From: an uncultured Gemmatimonadales bacterium | GTDB taxonomy: Bacteria > Gemmatimonadota > Gemmatimonadetes > Longimicrobiales > RSA9 | NCBI GenBank assembly: GCA_963798845.1 | Contig: CAWCUS010000002.1 | Location: 512,001-576,000, forward strand | Direction of reading: 5' to 3' | DNA length: 64,000 nucleotides | Part shown: piece by piece, positions 61,372-64,000 of the stretch | Layout: each line of letters begins with the position of its first letter | Position numbering within the stretch: the first letter of the stretch is position 1 | Made by a program: the position numbers and the translations under genes | Notes under the pieces: generated by a model | What the model was told of the DNA's origin: nothing | Database searches by the model: none | What the model saw: the letters and a program-made list of their open reading frames with translations, nothing else

Positions 61372-63123
61372 ATGTCGCAACGGACCCGGCGCGGTCTCTG
61401 GCCGCTGGCCCTCCTCCTGTTCGCGACCGCGTGCATCCACAACCCGATCGGCGGTCGCCCGGTGCCGACGACCCTCCGCTATCCCGTGGTCCCGCTGCCC
61501 CGACGCGTGATCCCGATGGAAGGCACCTTCCGACTGGATGCGGGCACGCGCATCGTCCTGGCCGACAGCGGGGATGCCGAGCTGCGGCAGATCGCCGATC
61601 TGTTCGCGGCCCCGCTCCGGGAGGCGTCCGGCCTGCCGCTCCCCGTCCTGGCCGGGACCGGCTCCGCGGATGCGGCAGCCGGACATGCGATCTCTCTGGG
61701 ACTGGATGCGGACGAGGACTGGCCGTCGCCGGAGGCCTACCGCCTCGAGGTTACCGCGGTCGGCGTCACTCTCACGGCTCCAACGCCCACGGGACTGTTC
61801 CGGGGCACGCAGACGCTGCGGCAGCTGCTACCCGCGTCGCTGGAATGGTCGGCAGCGGCAGGAACGGCGGCGGGAAGCGGCGCGGAGGGCGGGCCGGGGA
61901 CGGGCTCGGCCCGGGCCTGGACCGTGGCGGCGGGCATCATCGAGGACGCGCCGCGCTTCCCGTATCGCGGCATGCACCTGGACGTGGCGCGGCACGTGTT
62001 CCCGGTGCCGTTCATCAAGAAGTACATCGACCTGCTGGCGCTCTACAAGTTCAACACGTTCCACTGGCACCTCACCGATGACCAGGGCTGGCGCCTGGAG
62101 ATCCGGAAGTACCCGCGGCTCACCGAGGTGGGGGCGTGGCGCGCGGAGACGCAGGTGGGGCGGGAGTCGGACCCCTTCGTTGGAGACTCGACGCCGTACG
62201 GCGGCTACTACACGCAGGCGCAGGTCCGCGACATCGTGGCGTACGCTGCAGCGCGGCACATCGCCATCATCCCCGAGATCGAGATGCCGGGCCACGCGCT
62301 CGCGGCGCTGGCGTCGTACCCCGGACTGGGGTGCGGGCCGGGGCCGTACGAGGTCGGCACGCACTGGGGGGTCTACGAGGACATCTTCTGCCCGAAGGAA
62401 GCGACCTTCGCCTTCCTGGAGAACGTGCTACTGGAGGTGATGGAGCTGTTCCCGGGGCCGTACATCCACGTCGGCGGAGACGAAGCGCCGAAGGATGCGT
62501 GGGAGCGGAGCGACACGGCGCAGGCGGTGATCCGTCGCGAGGGGCTGGCCGGCGAGACGGAGCTCCAGAGCTGGTTCATCCGCCGCATCGAGCGGTTCCT
62601 GGGCGCCCACGGCCGCAGGCTGATCGGCTGGGACGAGATCCTCGAGGGCGGCCTCGCCCCCGCGGCCACTGTCATGTCGTGGCGCGGAATGGAAGGCGGA
62701 ATCGAGGCGGCGCTCGCGGGGCACGACGTGATCATGACGCCCACCAGCCACCTGTACTTCGACTACTACCAGGGCGACCGCGCGACCGAGCCGCTGGCCA
62801 TCGGCGGCTTCACGCCGCTTCGGAAAGTGTACGCGTTCGACCCGGTGCCGGCCGCGCTGAGCGGCGATGCCGCTCGCCACGTCCTGGGAGCTCAGGGGAA
62901 TGTCTGGACCGAGTACATCACCACGCCGGAACAGGTGGAGTACATGGCCGTGCCGCGGATGCTGGCGCTCGCCGAAGTCGTATGGTCGCCGGCGTCGGCC
63001 CGCGACTGGGACGACTTCTCCGTCCGCCTGCGGGCGCAGCTCGAGCGGCTGCACGCGCTGGGCGTCCATTATCGGGCCCCGGATTCCGCTCCCGCGGCCG
63101 AGGCGGCGCCGCTCGAGCGGTGA
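61372..63123 (+). CDS. Beta-N-acetylhexosaminidase, GH20
   Basis: 'DAPRFPYRGMHLDVARH', 'HWHLTDDQGWR', 'HVGGDEA'. Confidence 0.95.
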   Translation: MSQRTRRGLWPLALLLFATACIHNPIGGRPVPTTLRYPVVPLPRRVIPMEGTFRLDAGTRIVLADSGDAELRQIADLFAAPLREASGLPLPVLAGTGSADAAAGHAISLGLDADEDWPSPEAYRLEVTAVGVTLTAPTPTGLFRGTQTLRQLLPASLEWSAAAGTAAGSGAEGGPGTGSARAWTVAAGIIEDAPRFPYRGMHLDVARHVFPVPFIKKYIDLLALYKFNTFHWHLTDDQGWRLEIRKYPRLTEVGAWRAETQVGRESDPFVGDSTPYGGYYTQAQVRDIVAYAAARHIAIIPEIEMPGHALAALASYPGLGCGPGPYEVGTHWGVYEDIFCPKEATFAFLENVLLEVMELFPGPYIHVGGDEAPKDAWERSDTAQAVIRREGLAGETELQSWFIRRIERFLGAHGRRLIGWDEILEGGLAPAATVMSWRGMEGGIEAALAGHDVIMTPTSHLYFDYYQGDRATEPLAIGGFTPLRKVYAFDPVPAALSGDAARHVLGAQGNVWTEYITTPEQVEYMAVPRMLALAEVVWSPASARDWDDFSVRLRAQLERLHALGVHYRAPDSAPAAEAAPLER

Positions 63124-63232
63124 AGCACCGCCAGCCGCTGCCGCTCAGACGGCAACAATGGCCCGCTCGCGGGTATCCGGTCGTGAGCGGGCTGCCACCC
63201 GGGCCCCGCGCCAACCTCGACACCCCTGACGT

Positions 63233-64000
63233 ATGAAGCGCTATCATCTGCCGCTCCTGATCGCGGCCGGCCTGGCCGCGTGCACCTCCGCGCCTCCGCC
63301 CGCGTCACCGGTCCCGGCGACCGCGCCCCGCGACGGCGCCGTCGACACGCAGCGGGCCGGCACCGCCCCCACACCCGTCCCGGAGGCCTCGCCCGCACCG
63401 TCGTCTCCCGGTGCGCCCTCGGCCGCGCCCGTTCCGCCGTCGGCGCCGGCGGGCTGGTGGCTTGCCGACGCCACCGGGGACGCTCCGGGTGCCGGGGTGG
63501 AGGCGGCGTACCGGGCGCTGGCGGGGAAGGAGCCGAAGCGGACGGTCGTGGTCGGCGTGATCGATTCTGGCGTCGACACTTCGCACGTGGACCTGCACGC
63601 GAACCTGTGGACGAACCCCGGCGAGGTGCCGGGGAACGGGGTGGACGATGACGGGAACGGGTATGTCGACGACGTGCGCGGCTGGGACTTCATCGGCGGC
63701 GCCGGCGGCGACGTGGACGAAGACACGTACGAGGTGACCCGGCTGTACGCGGCGTGTCAGGCGCAGCCGGCGGGCGAGGACCGGGTCGTGGCCGGAGACG
63801 TGTCGTGCGCGACGATCGACTCGGCGTTCGACGCCCAGGTCCGGCAGACCCGGCAGCAGCTGGCGCAGGTCCAGAACGTGGGCGCGGCCGCCCAGCGCGC
63901 CACCGACATGCTCCGGGACCAGGTCGGCGGCGACAGTCTGACCGTGGATGCGGTCCGGGCCCTGGTGCCGATGCGCTCCGACGTCCGCCAGGCCCAGACG
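63233..64000 (+). CDS. S8 subtilisin-like serine peptidase, lipoprotein; truncated by window end
   Basis: 'LAAC' lipobox; 'VVGVIDSGVD..H.DL', 'NGVDDDGNGYVDDVRGWDF'. Confidence 0.9.
   Translation, partial: MKRYHLPLLIAAGLAACTSAPPPASPVPATAPRDGAVDTQRAGTAPTPVPEASPAPSSPGAPSAAPVPPSAPAGWWLADATGDAPGAGVEAAYRALAGKEPKRTVVVGVIDSGVDTSHVDLHANLWTNPGEVPGNGVDDDGNGYVDDVRGWDFIGGAGGDVDEDTYEVTRLYAACQAQPAGEDRVVAGDVSCATIDSAFDAQVRQTRQQLAQVQNVGAAAQRATDMLRDQVGGDSLTVDAVRALVPMRSDVRQAQT

Overview
GC-rich bacterial chromosomal window, probably Gemmatimonadota (inferred from gene content and the style of the Ser/Thr kinase remnant). The flanks carry ordinary genes: a cell-envelope/peptidoglycan-recycling cluster, class II ribonucleotide reductase with tandem NrdR boxes, YfcC and NhaC transporters, katG, a His kinase, M1 and S8 peptidases and a GH20. 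The centre (about 18.7-44 kb) is an integron-like gene-cassette platform. A tyrosine recombinase (18704-19783) is followed on the same strand by an attI-like site (GTT at 20010) and about 20 cassettes. These are delimited by 18 recognisable attC-like folded repeats (mostly about 140-170 bp) plus decayed remnants. For 13 of the first 18 cassettes the first 7 nt are the exact reverse complement of that cassette's own R'' box, the signature of circular cassette integration. The system looks non-canonical in four ways. The recombinase lacks the IntI-specific insertion. It carries an N-terminal HARP-like domain. It points towards the array. The attC-like sites have an asymmetric 5/8-nt spacer and a perfectly paired L stem. 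Cargo includes four toxin-antitoxin pairs, nuclease-like defence candidates, four ~180-bp gene-less or micro-ORF cassettes (one present three times), three IS21 insertions and one IS30 insertion. All family assignments are from motif recognition by eye; no database searches were run.
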